A stretch of DNA of 63,897 nucleotides, the filler included, from Octopus bimaculoides (lineage: Eukaryota): NCBI RefSeq assembly GCF_001194135.2. It is 7 parts of 6 records of this genome, joined end to end, with 100 filler letters (N's around TTAATTAATTAA, not from the genome) between each part and the next. Parts side by side here need not be neighbours in the genome. Positions count along the whole stretch, not along the records: positions 29,704 to 51,128 come from NC_069005.1; positions 51,229 to 56,824 come from NC_068987.1; positions 56,925 to 60,943 come from NC_068996.1; positions 61,044 to 63,897 come from NC_069005.1; 3 more parts are not named here. The stretch is one strand, 5' to 3'. How positions within the stretch are numbered: the first letter of the stretch is position 1; every line of letters begins with the position of its first letter. Below the pieces are notes generated by a model. That model saw only the letters and a program-made list of their open reading frames with translations. It was not told the DNA's origin and made no database searches. Position numbers and translations under genes: made by a program. Shown here piece by piece: positions 50,325 to 62,870 of this stretch.

Positions 50325-50594
50325 TGTATATGTTTGTGTGTGTGTGAGTGTATAATACATGCACATTCTATACAACACACACACATCGTCCTATATATAT
50401 ATGACTAAGAAAGACACCAAAGTTTGGGTCATAAATAGACAGCAGTACTAGAGATGGTGGCGGTGGTGGTGGTGGTGGTGGTGGTGGTAGCTGACAAGGT
50501 CAATTCACCCAGTTTTCATCTCTGGCGCCATTCTTATAATAAATTGATCGATAAACATCGGTGGATGGTATTGTATGGGACGATGTGTAGCGGT

Positions 50595-50645
<51 letters not shown>

Positions 50646-50802
50646 ATGGTGGTGATGGTGGCGGTGTTGTTATTGTTGTGGTGGTGGTGATGTGAAATTG
50701 ATGCAGTGAAACTTTGAAGTGGGATGTTACTGTCAGAATAAGGGAAGACGAACAGAGACAACAGATGCACACGCACACACATACATATAAATGCATAAAC
50801 GT

Positions 50803-50833
<31 letters not shown>

Positions 50834-51228
50834 ATTGCATGCATCCACGCGCATACATATACAAACACACACACACACTTAATCACACGCTCATTTCGGA
50901 GGTGAAATAGAGCGAAATTAATGAGAACCGATGAGGCTCTCTCTCTCTCTCTCTCTCGTCCCTCCTCTCTCTTCCCCCCTCTCTCTCTCTCTCGTCCCTC
51001 CTCTCTCTCACACACACACAATTCTAATAAATATATGAACATATACCATATACATACATATTCACTTACTGTATATAATACCATACACTCCTATATAAAT
51101 GTATGTGTTGGGTGTGAGTATATAGACCNNNNNNNNNNNNNNNNNNNNNNNNNNNNNNNNNNNNNNNNNNNNTTAATTAATTAANNNNNNNNNNNNNNNN
51201 NNNNNNNNNNNNNNNNNNNNNNNNNNNN

Positions 51229-51267
<39 letters not shown>

Positions 51268-51312
51268 TATATGTACATATATATGCATGTATATAAACAC
51301 ATAAACACATAT

Positions 51313-51510
51313 CTTCGTGTCACTTTTTCCATGTCCATTAACAAATCTCAGGGTCAAACCCTCTCTGTGGCTGGTCTTCTGTTGGAATAGCCCTGCTTCT
51401 CACATGGACAACTGCTTGTTGGCTGCTCAAGAGTGGGAAGCAAAACAAACCTATTTGCATATGCTCTACAAGGAAAAACAAGGAATATTGTTTACAGCGA
51501 CGTTTTCTAA
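51313..51510 (+). mobile_element. Helitron Pif1-like helicase C-terminal remnant
   Basis: FSMSINKSQGQTLSVAGL...PCFSHGQL.VGCSRVG...GKTRNIVY; one internal stop. Confidence 0.9.
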
Positions 51511-51591
51511 TCACAACAGCAAGAAAGTATGTACATGATCACCTTTTTTTTACCAAACTTCATTGACCTTCATGTATTTATATTGATACAC

Positions 51592-51622
<31 letters not shown>

Positions 51623-51727
51623 CATATATATATATATANNNNNNNNNNNNNNNNNNNNNNNNNNNNNNNNNNNNNNNNNNNNNNNNNNNNNNNNNNNNNN
51701 NNNNNNNNNNNNNNGTGTGTGTGTGTA

Positions 51728-52400
51728 TCTATATATATAAATATAAGAATATGTGTCTGTGTGAACCCCTAGACTCGAGAACTACACAACCAATTTCATT
51801 CAAAATTTACACATGCTTTACTTAGGGTCCATGTAGTGTCTTAGGCCAAAGAAATGTTTAACTTATTGCAGAGTTCGAGCCCACAGCAATATCATATCTC
51901 CTCCACTATTTCAGTATTACGTGTCAAACTGAAACAATAGCATGTCGCTACTGTAATGTCAGATACTTTCGCTTAAAAGCTTTCAATTTCATACTGAAAC
52001 TATTAATGTGAAACTATACTCTCACATATATACAGTCATAGTATAAGTTAAAAACATTCCCAACAATTCAACTTGTTTGGTTGACATTAACACCCCCACC
52101 CCCAATAGGGACCTTCATTCCCACATTTTAGAGCTCCATTAGCTCCATTTTTCAGAAGTAAAAATCCTATTAATAGGTTCCAAAAGACTGGAATTTTGGA
52201 ATATGCACAAAAAGATCAATAGTATGGGATACATGTGTCATGATTAGAATTTTTAGGGTATGTAAAGAGGGAAAGGACCCTCATGTGCAATTTTGATGAA
52301 ATTCGCATCATAGGTATTCTAGTTCCTTAAAGAAAATATAACAGAGAAGTCTCATTCTTCAATTGCATGCAACACGGGTAACGCCGGGTATCTCTGCTAG
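51728..52400 (+). mobile_element. Non-autonomous Helitron (673 bp)
   Basis: A|TC 5' end (TCTATATATATAAA), subterminal GC hairpin 52372-52389, CTAG|T 3' end, no TSD. Confidence 0.85.
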
Positions 52401-52999
52401 TAAAATATAAATGCGACATTTGTTTTCCAAATCCATCTAAAAAGAACATTTCGTATTGTTAGTTGTAAGGCGAAAAAAGTTTAGTAAGCAGTTACACAAG
52501 ATTTTAGAAAGTATGTTAAAAATACTACGGAAAAAATATATTTCGTGATATAGCTTCGTTTTGTTGTCGTTTGTATATCTTGTTTTCATCTATTGTAGAA
52601 TGTATGTGGCTTTGATAATTGAACCTACATTCTAGAAAGATTTTTTTTTTTTATAGTTTTATGTTAAAATTAAAGTGTGATAAGAAGATTTGAAATGATT
52701 AATTTATTTGAAATGTATAACGATGTTACTATAGATTATAATTGGATTGTGTGTGCAAATCTAAATTATATCAGATTATATACGAAGGCAAATGTAAGTT
52801 AGTAAAGATATGATAGCCAATGCACCAAATGTAGGAAATATTTACGGCTTCGTAAAAAAGTATAAATAGTCAAACGTACATTAACTTTGCTTCTTCACCA
52901 CGACTACAGAGTTTATAAATATTTAGTTTACATACTCATTGTTAATGCTTGAATCCATATAGTGTACTTTAAGTAGATATATTACTTCTACTACTACTG

Positions 53000-53270
53000 G
53001 TTATTCCACAGATCAAGACCATCAGCCATCTGTCTCCAGAATTCCTTCTCCTACATTGCTCTTGTTACGTCACTCTTCTGCAGACCAGTTTATCAATAAA
53101 CGTCCACAAATGGCGACCCCTAGGTCCATTTCTAAGTGTTGGTCCCCCTCACATCAGTATTTGGATTACTACTTCATGTTTGTTACGAAACCAGTATCCA
53201 TAGAATCTCAGTCCATCGTTCCATTATGGAGGCAGTAACTCTTGGAAGATTACCATGGAGGAGTTGATTT
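53000..53270 (-). mobile_element. Decayed RTE/RTEX-type LINE 3' end
   Basis: LPRVTASIMER.LRFYGYWFRNKHEVV...RGR...TFIDKL...AM*EKEFWR. Confidence 0.65.
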
Positions 53271-53648
53271 GTTGTATTGGATTGCCATTTGACATATGAT
53301 AAGCTATATGTGATATTTGATAAGTTTAGTACTGAGAACTCTTGCGTATTCTCCAACAAGTTTTCTTTCTAGTGCCTCAGTAGAGTCAACGTACCGCAGC
53401 TGTGTAATGCAGTCTTAGTGAACAAAACGAGCGGGTTTTATTGCGAGTTGGGGCTTGTGCTCCACAGAACAGATTACAAACTTTCGAGGGCAGAACGGAG
53501 TATATTTCTTACAACAGCCGACTAACAATGAATGGATACAAGCTGGAAAATCAAGGCAATACATTATATCTGGCTTCGTAGATTGATACAAGTGAGAAGG
53601 ATATTAGGACGCGCAATTGCATGCATGTATGTATGCTTGTATGAATGG

Positions 53649-53713
<65 letters not shown>

Positions 53714-54003
53714 TAGATAGATAGATAGCTAGATAGATAGAGAGATAGAGAGATATGCTAGTCAGAGCAGGGATCTCACCAGGCTAATAAGAGCTGGCAC
53801 CATGTAAACCAGTGCGGTTCCATGTTCGAGTGGTGTGTGACTAAAGCGGATCCCCTACTTGAGTAGCATGCTCTTCTTGTCAGGAGGGAGACGAGACACT
53901 TAGTAGGACTTAAGACAAAACCTGTCGCAGGCCATATTTTCTCCTTGTGGGCAAACAGTTACACAGCTGAGCATGCAATACAAGCCGACGATGACATAAG
54001 TAT

Positions 54004-54034
<31 letters not shown>

Positions 54035-54986
54035 NNNNNNNNNNNNNNNNNNNNNNNNNNNNNNNNNNNNNNNNNNNNNNNNNNNNNNNNNNNNNNNNNN
54101 NNNNNNNNNNNNNNNNNNNNNNNNNNNNNNNNNNNNNNNNNNNNNNNNNNNNNNNNNNNNNNNNNNNNNNNNNNNNNNNNNNNNNNNNNNNNNNNNNNNN
54201 NNNNNNNNNNNNNNNNNNNNNNNNNNNNNNNNNNNNNNNNNNNNNNNNNNNNNNNNNNNNNNNNNNNNNNNNNNNNNNNNNNNNNNNNNNNNNNNNNNNN
54301 NNNNNNNNNNNNNNNNNNNNNNNNNNNNNNNNNNNNNNNNNNNNNNNNNNNNNNNNNNNNNNNNNNNNNNNNNNNNNNNNNNNNNNNNNNNNNNNNNNNN
54401 NNNNNNNNNNNNNNNNNNNNNNNNNNNNNNNNNNNNNNNNNNNNNNNNNNNNNNNNNNNNNNNNNNNNNNNNNNNNNNNNNNNNNNNNNNNNNNNNNNNN
54501 NNNNNNNNNNNNNNNNNNNNNNNNNNNNNNNNNNNNNNNNNNNNNNNNNNNNNNNNNNNNNNNNNNNNNNNNNNNNNNNNNNNNNNNNNNNNNNNNNNNN
54601 NNNNNNNNNNNNNNNNNNNNNNNNNNNNNNNNNNNNNNNNNNNNNNNNNNNNNNNNNNNNNNNNNNNNNNNNNNNNNNNNNNNNNNNNNNNNNNNNNNNN
54701 NNNNNNNNNNNNNNNNNNNNNNNNNNNNNNNNNNNNNNNNNNNNNNNNNNNNNNNNNNNNNNNNNNNNNNNNNNNNNNNNNNNNNNNNNNNNNNNNNNNN
54801 NNNNNNNNNNNNNNNNNNNNNNNNNNNNNNNNNNNNNNNNNNNNNNNNNNNNNNNNNNNNNNNNNNNNNNNNNNNNNNNNNNNNNNNNNNNNNNNNNNNN
54901 NNNNNNNNNNNNNNNNNNNNNNNNNNNNNNNNNNNNNNNNNNNNCCTGCTTCTTTGTTATGTCCCTGCACAAACTTCGTTTTTTGT

Positions 54987-55390
54987 ATACTCTTTACTCT
55001 TTTTCTTGTTTCAGCCATTTGACTGCGGCCATGCTGGAGCACCGCCTTTAGTCGAGCAAATCGACCCCAGGACTTATTCTTTGTAAGCCTAGTACTTATT
55101 CTATCGGTCTCTTTTGCCGAACCGCTCAGTTACGGGGACATAAACACACAAGCATCGGTTGTCAAGCGATGATGGAGGGTACAAACAGACACACAAATAC
55201 ACACACATATATACATACCTATACATATATACGATGACCTTCTTTCAGTCTCCGTCTACCAAATCCACTCACAAGTCTTTGGTCGGCCCGAGGTTATAGT
55301 AGAAGACACTTTCCCAAAGTGACACGCAGTGAGACTGAATCAGGAACCATGTGGTTGGTAAGCAAGCTACTTACCACACAGCCACTCCTA
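54987..55390 (-). mobile_element. SINE family B, full length
   Basis: Complete from head to tail. Confidence 0.9.
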
Positions 55391-56649
55391 TATTTCTTTC
55401 CAGCTTTTTCCTTTTTTCACTTAGGTAATTGTATACGCGTGTGAGTATATGTATATATAAGTATATATTAAATGTGTGTGTATGTACATATGTATATATG
55501 TGTACGCGTGTGTATATACATATTATATGAGTGTAAGACTGTATCCGGTGCATAAGGGCAACTGTCATGCACATGTTTCCTATACAAGTCTGAAGAGATT
55601 CTATACGTATATGTATATACATACGCTTTTATATCTTTGGTTATGTGTTGATTAATAGGAGGGCGTATATGTAGATATATATATGTATTTATACCTCCAT
55701 ACATATGCACATATATGTATATTCATGTATGCGGCGAGTGTGAATATATGCCTGTGCGAGTGTATATATATATATATGTTTTTACTTATGTATTATCTAT
55801 TTGTATAAATGTCTAATATATATATATATATGTAGGCATACATCTTTATGATGATGAAGTTGCGTATAGATATATACGTATGTTCATGCGTATATTTATA
55901 CATATATGCATATGCGTGTATATGTATATGCGTGTGTGTGTATGTTCATATATGTACAATCATACATGCGGTGAGTGTGAATATATGCCTGTAGAAGTGT
56001 GCATATAAGCATGTTTGCATTTCTGTATGAGTATATTTATTTGTATAAAATGTCTAGCATAAGTTTAGGCATATATCCATGTGAGGATGAAGTTGCGTAT
56101 TCGTACATACTTATGTGTGTGTGTGTGTATAAGTATACATATATATGCTTATACATGCATATGTATATGCGTGTGTAGAGAGAGTGAAAAATGTGTATAT
56201 GAGCACGTAATAATGTTTGAATGGGCAAATATATATACATGTCTGTCTGAGTGTGTACGTATGTAGTCTTTACGAAAGCAGAATGTTTCTATCTATTGTG
56301 AGAATGTGATTGCGTGTATTATTTTAAATTTTTAATATTTTTTAAATATTTTTCATGCCTATTAGACTAACTTCCCTTTTATTTGACAGTTGTTTTTATA
56401 GGGTCTACAGTCAAAAAATAGCCGATGAAAATGCTTCGAAGCTTTTAGGTCCGGCATCTGAAACATGGAGTTCTATTATGACAACTTGCTGATTGTCCAA
56501 ATCTTTTTCTAAAAAAGTGAAACCGGTTAAGTAAATAAATATTTTTTAAAAATAAGTGCATTTTCAAACCTTCTTTCATATATATTTCCACTCGTACGGT
56601 ATTCCACAACTTTACTTTATTATATATTAACACCACACGAGTCCCGAAA

Positions 56650-56824
56650 ATGCCACCCAAGTCACAACAAACGGACAACTTATTGAACCAAAGTATCCTA
56701 AAAGAACTACAAGAAATCTCCTCCAAACTCTCAACCCTAACTGACAAAGTCGAGCAATCACATTTATACCTAAATGGACTCCTGGATGCTAAAACAGTTA
56801 ATCAAACCCCTGACATCATCCCAA
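56650..56824 (+). other. Start of an ORF with coiled-coil character (retroelement ORF1-like), truncated by gap
   Basis: MPPKSQQTDNLLNQSILKELQEISSKLSTLTDKVEQ...; open up to the gap; identity not established. Confidence 0.3.
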
Positions 56825-56955
56825 NNNNNNNNNNNNNNNNNNNNNNNNNNNNNNNNNNNNNNNNNNNNTTAATTAATTAANNNNNNNNNNNNNNNNNNNN
56901 NNNNNNNNNNNNNNNNNNNNNNNNAAGCCTTAAAATTCACCCCATAATTGCCCAC

Positions 56956-57030
56956 GGGCATATGGCGTAGTGGTTAAGAGCGCGGGCTACTAACCCCAAG
57001 GTTCCGAGTTCGATTCACGGCAGCGACCTG

Positions 57031-57061
<31 letters not shown>

Positions 57062-57258
57062 TAATAATAATAATAATAGTAACATCAATAGGAATGAGAA
57101 CCCAGGTTCGAAATTTCCCCAAGACACCTGACGAAGGCTGGAGGGTATATCAGCCGAAACGTTGTGTTAACAACAAACAAGATGAGGACGAATATCCGTC
57201 AAATGTAGATAATGTAAATAATGTAAATAATTCCTCATCTCTTAAATATAGAACTGTA
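56956..57258 (+). mobile_element. tRNA-headed SINE-like element containing the hammerhead motif
   Basis: A box TGGCGTAGTGG (56963-56973), B box GAGTTCGATTC (57006-57016), (AAT)n linker, then a hammerhead-bearing tail. The acceptor stem does not close, so it is not a tRNA gene. Confidence 0.7.
57123..57168 (+). ncRNA. Minimal type I hammerhead ribozyme motif
   Basis: Stem I GACAC/GTGTT; core CTGACGA (57128-57134) plus an extra A; stem II GGCTG/CAGCC; GAAA (57156-57159); palindromic stem III AACGTT; predicted cleavage after GUU at 57163. Confidence 0.75.
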
Positions 57259-57299
57259 ACATATATATATGTTTCGTTTTGAAGGCTGTGGGTCTGAGT

Positions 57300-59420
57300 G
57301 ACTTGAACTGTTCAAGTTGCTTGGACCCAGAGCCTTCAACATCTTCATCTGGGACCATGAAGACATCCCAACAGATCTATAAGATGTCACCATAGTCGCT
57401 CTATACAAAAACAAAGGACCCAGGACAGATTGTGGTTACTGCAGAGGGATCTCCCTACTCTCCATAACAGGTAAGACCTTGCCTTCATCCTCCTCAACAG
57501 ACTCATCGCCAATATCTCTGAGATTAACCTACCCAAGGCCCAGTGTGGTATCAGCCCTGGCTGCAGCACCATAGACATGGTGTTTGCTGTGCGACAAGTG
57601 CAGAAGTGCATTGAGCAATAGATGAACCTGTATGCCGTGTTTGTTGACCTGACCAAGGCATTTGACACAGTCAACCAAGAAGCCTTATGGGTCATCTTCA
57701 GTAAGCTAGGTTGCCCACAAAAACTCACAACTCTGGTCAAGCTCTTCCACAACAACATGAAGTGACAGGTCCCTTCTAACAGGGACTACATGAACTCCTT
57801 CAACATCTCTAATGGAGTCAAACAAGGCTGTGTCTTTATCTCAGTGCTCTTCAACTTGTTCTTGATGCAGGTCCTCCTCCACGCTGTGAAGGACCTTGAC
57901 CTGAACATGTATATCAAGCACCAAAGTGATGGCTCCATATTCAACCTCCAGCACCTGTCTGCCAAAATGAAGATCAGGGAAAAGTTCATTGTTGAAGCCC
58001 TCTTCACAGATGACTGTGCTTTCATGGCCCAGGCACTGGATCAACCATTAAGAAAAAGAAGCATGTGCTTAGGGCAGAAATGGTAAATAGTTTATGACAC
58101 GAAAGAAATCACTTCAAACTTGCTAAAATAATATTCGGGATGCCTTTATGTCTACAAAGTATAGATGCAGATGTGTTACCTAAGATTAATTTTGAGGATT
58201 TGATCAAAGATTTTGCAATTCAAAAAAGTAGGAGAAAACTTTTCAAATATAAATAAAGTGGGAGTATACAAAACTAAACATTATTTTCCATCTTACTGTT
58301 TTGTTTTGTTTTGAAATATAAAAATTTATGTTATGGTTTGTTATTGTTTATATTTTGAATTACATAATCTTTTATGGGGGCACCAAAATCTTTTAAATGC
58401 TTATGGCTTTAATGGGTCTTAATCCAGCCCTGCATTGCCCAAAGGAAAATCACCTCCAGATCATCATCAATCACTTCGCTAAGGCATCCAGACTCTTTGG
58501 CCTGACCATCAACCTTGGGAAGGCAGAAGTCCTACTCCATGCAGCCCTGAATACAACAAAACCTAAGCCAGCCATCACCATTGATGGGGTTGAGCTGAAC
58601 TGTGTTCAAAGCTTTAGGTGCCTAGGCAGCACTATCTCTGTAAATGGTTCACTGGATAAAGAGATCATGTCTAGGTTCCAGAAAGCCAGCCAAGCACTCA
58701 GTAGACTCAGAGTTAAAATACTACAACAGAAAGGTGTGTTGGCTGTCCACGAAACTCAAGATGTACAAAGCTGTTGTTCCCTCAACATTATTGTATGGTT
58801 GTGAAATGTGGGCTCCATACCACCGGCACATCAAGCAGTTGGAACAGTTCCATACAAGATTACTGCACACAATCATGGGCATCTGCTGGTAGGACAAAGT
58901 CATCAATCAAGAAGTCCTAGACAGAGCAGAGTCCACGAGTGTCGAGGCACTTCTGTTCAAAGCTCAGTTACGTTGGACTGGCTACGAGTGTCGAGGCACT
59001 TCTGTTCAAAGCTCAGTTACGTTGGACTGGCTACATCGTCAGAAGACAGCTGATGTATGGTGAGCTGAAGGAAGGCACAAGGCAACCAGGAAGACCCAAG
59101 TTGAAGTATAAGGACACCCTAAAGGGCAACCTAAAGTGATGTGGCTTCCAGCCTCACAAACTCAAGATTGCAGCCGCAAACAGGGCTACTTGGAGGTCAA
59201 CCACCTACACTACTGTAGCTGCCTTTGACGAGGATAGATGACAACACCTTGCAGCTGCAAGAGACAGACATCACTGGGCCATTGATCACAGACTGCCAGT
59301 GTCCAATATGCAGGCACCAGTGTGCTTCCAACTTTGGGCTGCGGAGTCACATGCATTCCCACTGCTGACTGTTGAAACCACAGACTGTGTTTTCATCAGA
59401 AATCAATGGACTACCAAGGA
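57300..59420 (+). mobile_element. RTE/BovB-like LINE, 5'-truncated and decayed, interrupted by a hAT element
   Basis: RT motifs RGISLLSITGK, AVFVDLTKAFDTV, LFTDDC, LLYGCEMW, LRWTGY; C-terminal CPIC...HMHSH zinc finger; several stops and frameshifts. Confidence 0.95.
58031..58432 (+). mobile_element. Non-autonomous hAT-type element nested in the RTE
   Basis: 8-bp TSD CATGGCCC/CATTGCCC, right TIR TAATCCAGCCCTG, remnant INFEDLIKDFAIQKSRRK (hAT dimerisation-domain end). Confidence 0.8.
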
Positions 59421-60093
59421 GAATATTTCATCTTTGTATCTGGTTTGCAAAATTCTTTATGTGAATTCGTGTGTTGAAGCAAATCTTGTTGTGTCTGGGG
59501 AGAGTTCTATTGTCTTAATGCTTTATTACCTAACACACTCACCGGTTTGATTTCCACTCATTTATTATTTGTTTTTTCTTCTAAATCTTTGTTGCTTTTG
59601 CAACCTTGTCAATGGATGTGGACTCTGTCCGTTATTAGAGTTGTGTTCTTTTTTGTCTGTTTGTGTGCATGTGTGTGCATCAGCATGCACATCTGCTTGT
59701 GTATGCACATATGTATGCATGTATGTATGTGTGTGTGCATATATGTATGTATGCGTGTGTGTACGTATGTATGTATGTATTCTGCATATTCATGTGTTTA
59801 TGTGTGCATCTTTGTGTTTGTATGTATGTGTGTGTATTTGTGTGTGTACCTCTGTTTCCATGTGTGTACATGTTTGAGTGTGCCTACCTGTATGGGTTTG
59901 TGACTATGTATGTGCATCTGTTTGTGTGTATGTGTATATATGGAGTGTGTGTGTGAGTGTGTGTGTGAGTGTGTGACTGTGAGTGTGTGTGTGTGTATGG
60001 TCATGTGCTTCTGTCTCCTTTTGTGTGTGCTTGTCTGTCTATATTACCTGTGTACCTATCTATCTACTTATGTACACACACACACAAGCGCAC

Positions 60094-60131
<38 letters not shown>

Positions 60132-60149
60132 GTGCACACACCCATACCA

Positions 60150-60598
60150 ATACAGCAAGATGGTGCCTCACCACATTGGGGACCACATGTTCGTGAGTTC
60201 CTCAATCAAACATTTCCAGACCGTTGGATTGGAAGGGATAGCCAATTCCGTGGCCACCACGTTCACCAGATATCACACCTCCAGATTTCTTTCTATGGGG
60301 CTATGTTAAAGATATCGTGTATTGAATAAAGATACAGGGCATTACTGAACTAAGGCAAAAGCTAACAGATGCAACTGCAATGATTGATGAGGCTATGCTA
60401 CAGCAAACATGGTGAGAAATCAAGTACCGTCTTGATGTGCTTTGTGTGACTAATGGTGCCCACATAGAAGTGTATTAAATGAGGTAAAAAAAAATTTGAA
60501 AACCACTGAGTACAATAGAATAAATCTGATTAAAATATCTTATCAATTGTCTTTGTAATAAATTTTTTAAATTGTAAAAAGACTTTATGGACACCCTG
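60150..60598 (+). mobile_element. DD41D (rosa-like) Tc1/mariner-superfamily transposon, 3' fragment
   Basis: QQDGASPHWGPHVREFLNQTFPDRWIGR..(frameshift)..WPPRSPDITPPDFFLWGYVKDIVY; D-to-D spacing is 41 after repairing one frameshift; right TIR ends GGACACCCTG|TA. Confidence 0.8.
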
Positions 60599-60622
60599 TA
60601 CATACATACATACATACATACA

Positions 60623-60648
<26 letters not shown>

Positions 60649-60657
<9 letters not shown>

Positions 60658-60902
60658 TTATAAACATAATTAAGGGATCAGCAAATATTTGTTTCACCAT
60701 ATACCGAAGTTCAGAAATAGCAGCTAAAAAAGCTGAGACTCCAACAGATAGCATTACTTGTAACTCACAAAGGCAAAAACTTGTGAGTTACAAGTAATGC
60801 TATCTGTTGGAGTCTCAGCTTTTTTAGCTGCTATTTCTGAACTTCGGTATGTGGTGAAGCAAATATTTGCTGATCCCTTAATTATGTTTATAAATGTATA
60901 TG
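60649..60902. repeat. Near-perfect 122-bp inverted repeat with 10-nt loop
   Basis: Arms 60649-60770 and 60781-60902; 3 mismatches; inner 70 bp perfect. Confidence 0.97.
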
Positions 60903-61023
60903 AACTTTTAAATAAGTTCTCCACCGATAATGGTGCTTACATANNNNNNNNNNNNNNNNNNNNNNNNNNNNNNNNNNNNNNNNNNNNTTAATTAATTAAN
61001 NNNNNNNNNNNNNNNNNNNNNNN

Positions 61024-61133
61024 NNNNNNNNNNNNNNNNNNNNTTCTTCTTCTTCTTCTTCTTCTTCTTCTTCTTCTTCTTCTTCTTCTTCTTCTTCTTC
61101 TTCTTCTTCTTCTTCGTCTTCTTCTTCTTCTTC
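61024..61133. repeat. (TCT)n microsatellite
   Basis: Visible directly in the sequence. Confidence 0.98.
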
Positions 61134-61147
61134 AGGCAGCAGAAACG

Positions 61148-61191
<44 letters not shown>

Positions 61192-61575
61192 CATTTCTTT
61201 CCCTTTTATTCAGAATATTTGCGCCATTTTGCTCTTCGTACAATTTTTATCTTTGTAATTGATCTTAAAATAAGCTGCAACCGTTCAACATGGCGTCAAT
61301 CACTTCCTGTCGATTTCACACACATACACACACACATACACACACACATACACACACACACGACATTAAGCTATTTATATTCACTTTAGTTTATTGTCCG
61401 CTACACGCGACTGAGGCAATATCAAATTTAAATAGCTATCTATGAATCACTGAATTAATGTCCACAGTTGATATACCAGTTGATATACCATTTTCATTGA
61501 TCGATTAAATGGAGCCGCTCGAAACGGCCGTAATGTATTGAAGCCTGAACATCCTTGTTACTTATTTACATTCTA

Positions 61576-61611
<36 letters not shown>

Positions 61612-62183
61612 TGTATTTGTGTGTGTGTGTGTAAAGTTTATTGTCTGATGATAGGTTACGCGTATTAGTTCGGAACGGCTTCAGATTCAATATGTATGTA
61701 CGTATGCATGTGTTTGTGTGTGTATGTATGCATGTATATGTATGTATGTATGTGTGTGTGGGAGTGTATGTATGTATATATGTAAGTATGCATGCATGTA
61801 TGCATGTATGTACACACGTACATTTTATATGCATGTATATACATACATACATATATATATATATATATGTATATACTTGCATACATTTGTATATATATAC
61901 GCGTGTGTGTGTGTGTGTGTTTATAAAATTTACTTCTGTGATCTGAGAAACATATGTTTGTTAAATAGGTTTGGCAAAAATCAGTTACCTTCTGTCTGGT
62001 CTGGATAATACGCCTCCATTCTCGCTAATATAATTATGTAAACAACACCACACATAAATGGACAGATACATACATACACGCATACACACACACACACACA
62101 TACATACATACATACATACATACATACATACATACATACTTACATACGTACATACATACTTATACATATATATATTATATATG

Positions 62184-62229
<46 letters not shown>

Positions 62230-62832
62230 TGTGCATAAATAGTTTTATGCGTGTGTGTAGATTTATATGTATATGCTATAAGTATACGTCAGTGCGCGTG
62301 CGAACCGGAGGTACAAGACAATGATTACTTATTTGCACATGCTTATATTCTATACACGCACCCACACGCACTCGCACACATACACACACACATATATACA
62401 TATATATATATAAGCGTATGCATGTGTGTGTATATATATACATACACACACACACTCACACACATACTCACTCGCACTCACACACTTACACCCATACACA
62501 CACACACACACACTCCCACACGCATACACACACAAACACGCACGCACACATATATACATACACGCACATGTTATATATGCAAAATATGTATAGGACTATA
62601 TAAGTATATTTGTGTATATATATATATANNNNNNNNNNNNNNNNNNNNNNNNNNNNNNNNNNNNNNNNNNNNNNNNNNNNNNNNNNNNNNNNNNNNNNNN
62701 NNNNNNNNNNNNNNNNNNNNNNNNNNNNNNNNNNNNNNNNNNNNNNNNNNNNNNNNNNNNNNNNNNNNNNNNNNNNNNNNNNNNNNNNNNNNNNNNNNNN
62801 NNNNNNNNNNNNNNNNNNNNNNNNNNNNNNNN

Positions 62833-62870
<38 letters not shown>

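Noticed and set aside
53900-55051. Long ORFs of X residues (many across the window)
   Set aside because: Produced by translating through N gaps.
56956-57030. tRNA gene
   Set aside because: A and B boxes are present but the acceptor stem does not pair; it is a SINE head. The same applies to the family A, B and D heads.
61644-61685. CTGATGA...GGAACG hammerhead-like string
   Set aside because: Stem II is mostly wobble pairs, GAAA is absent and there is no stem I.
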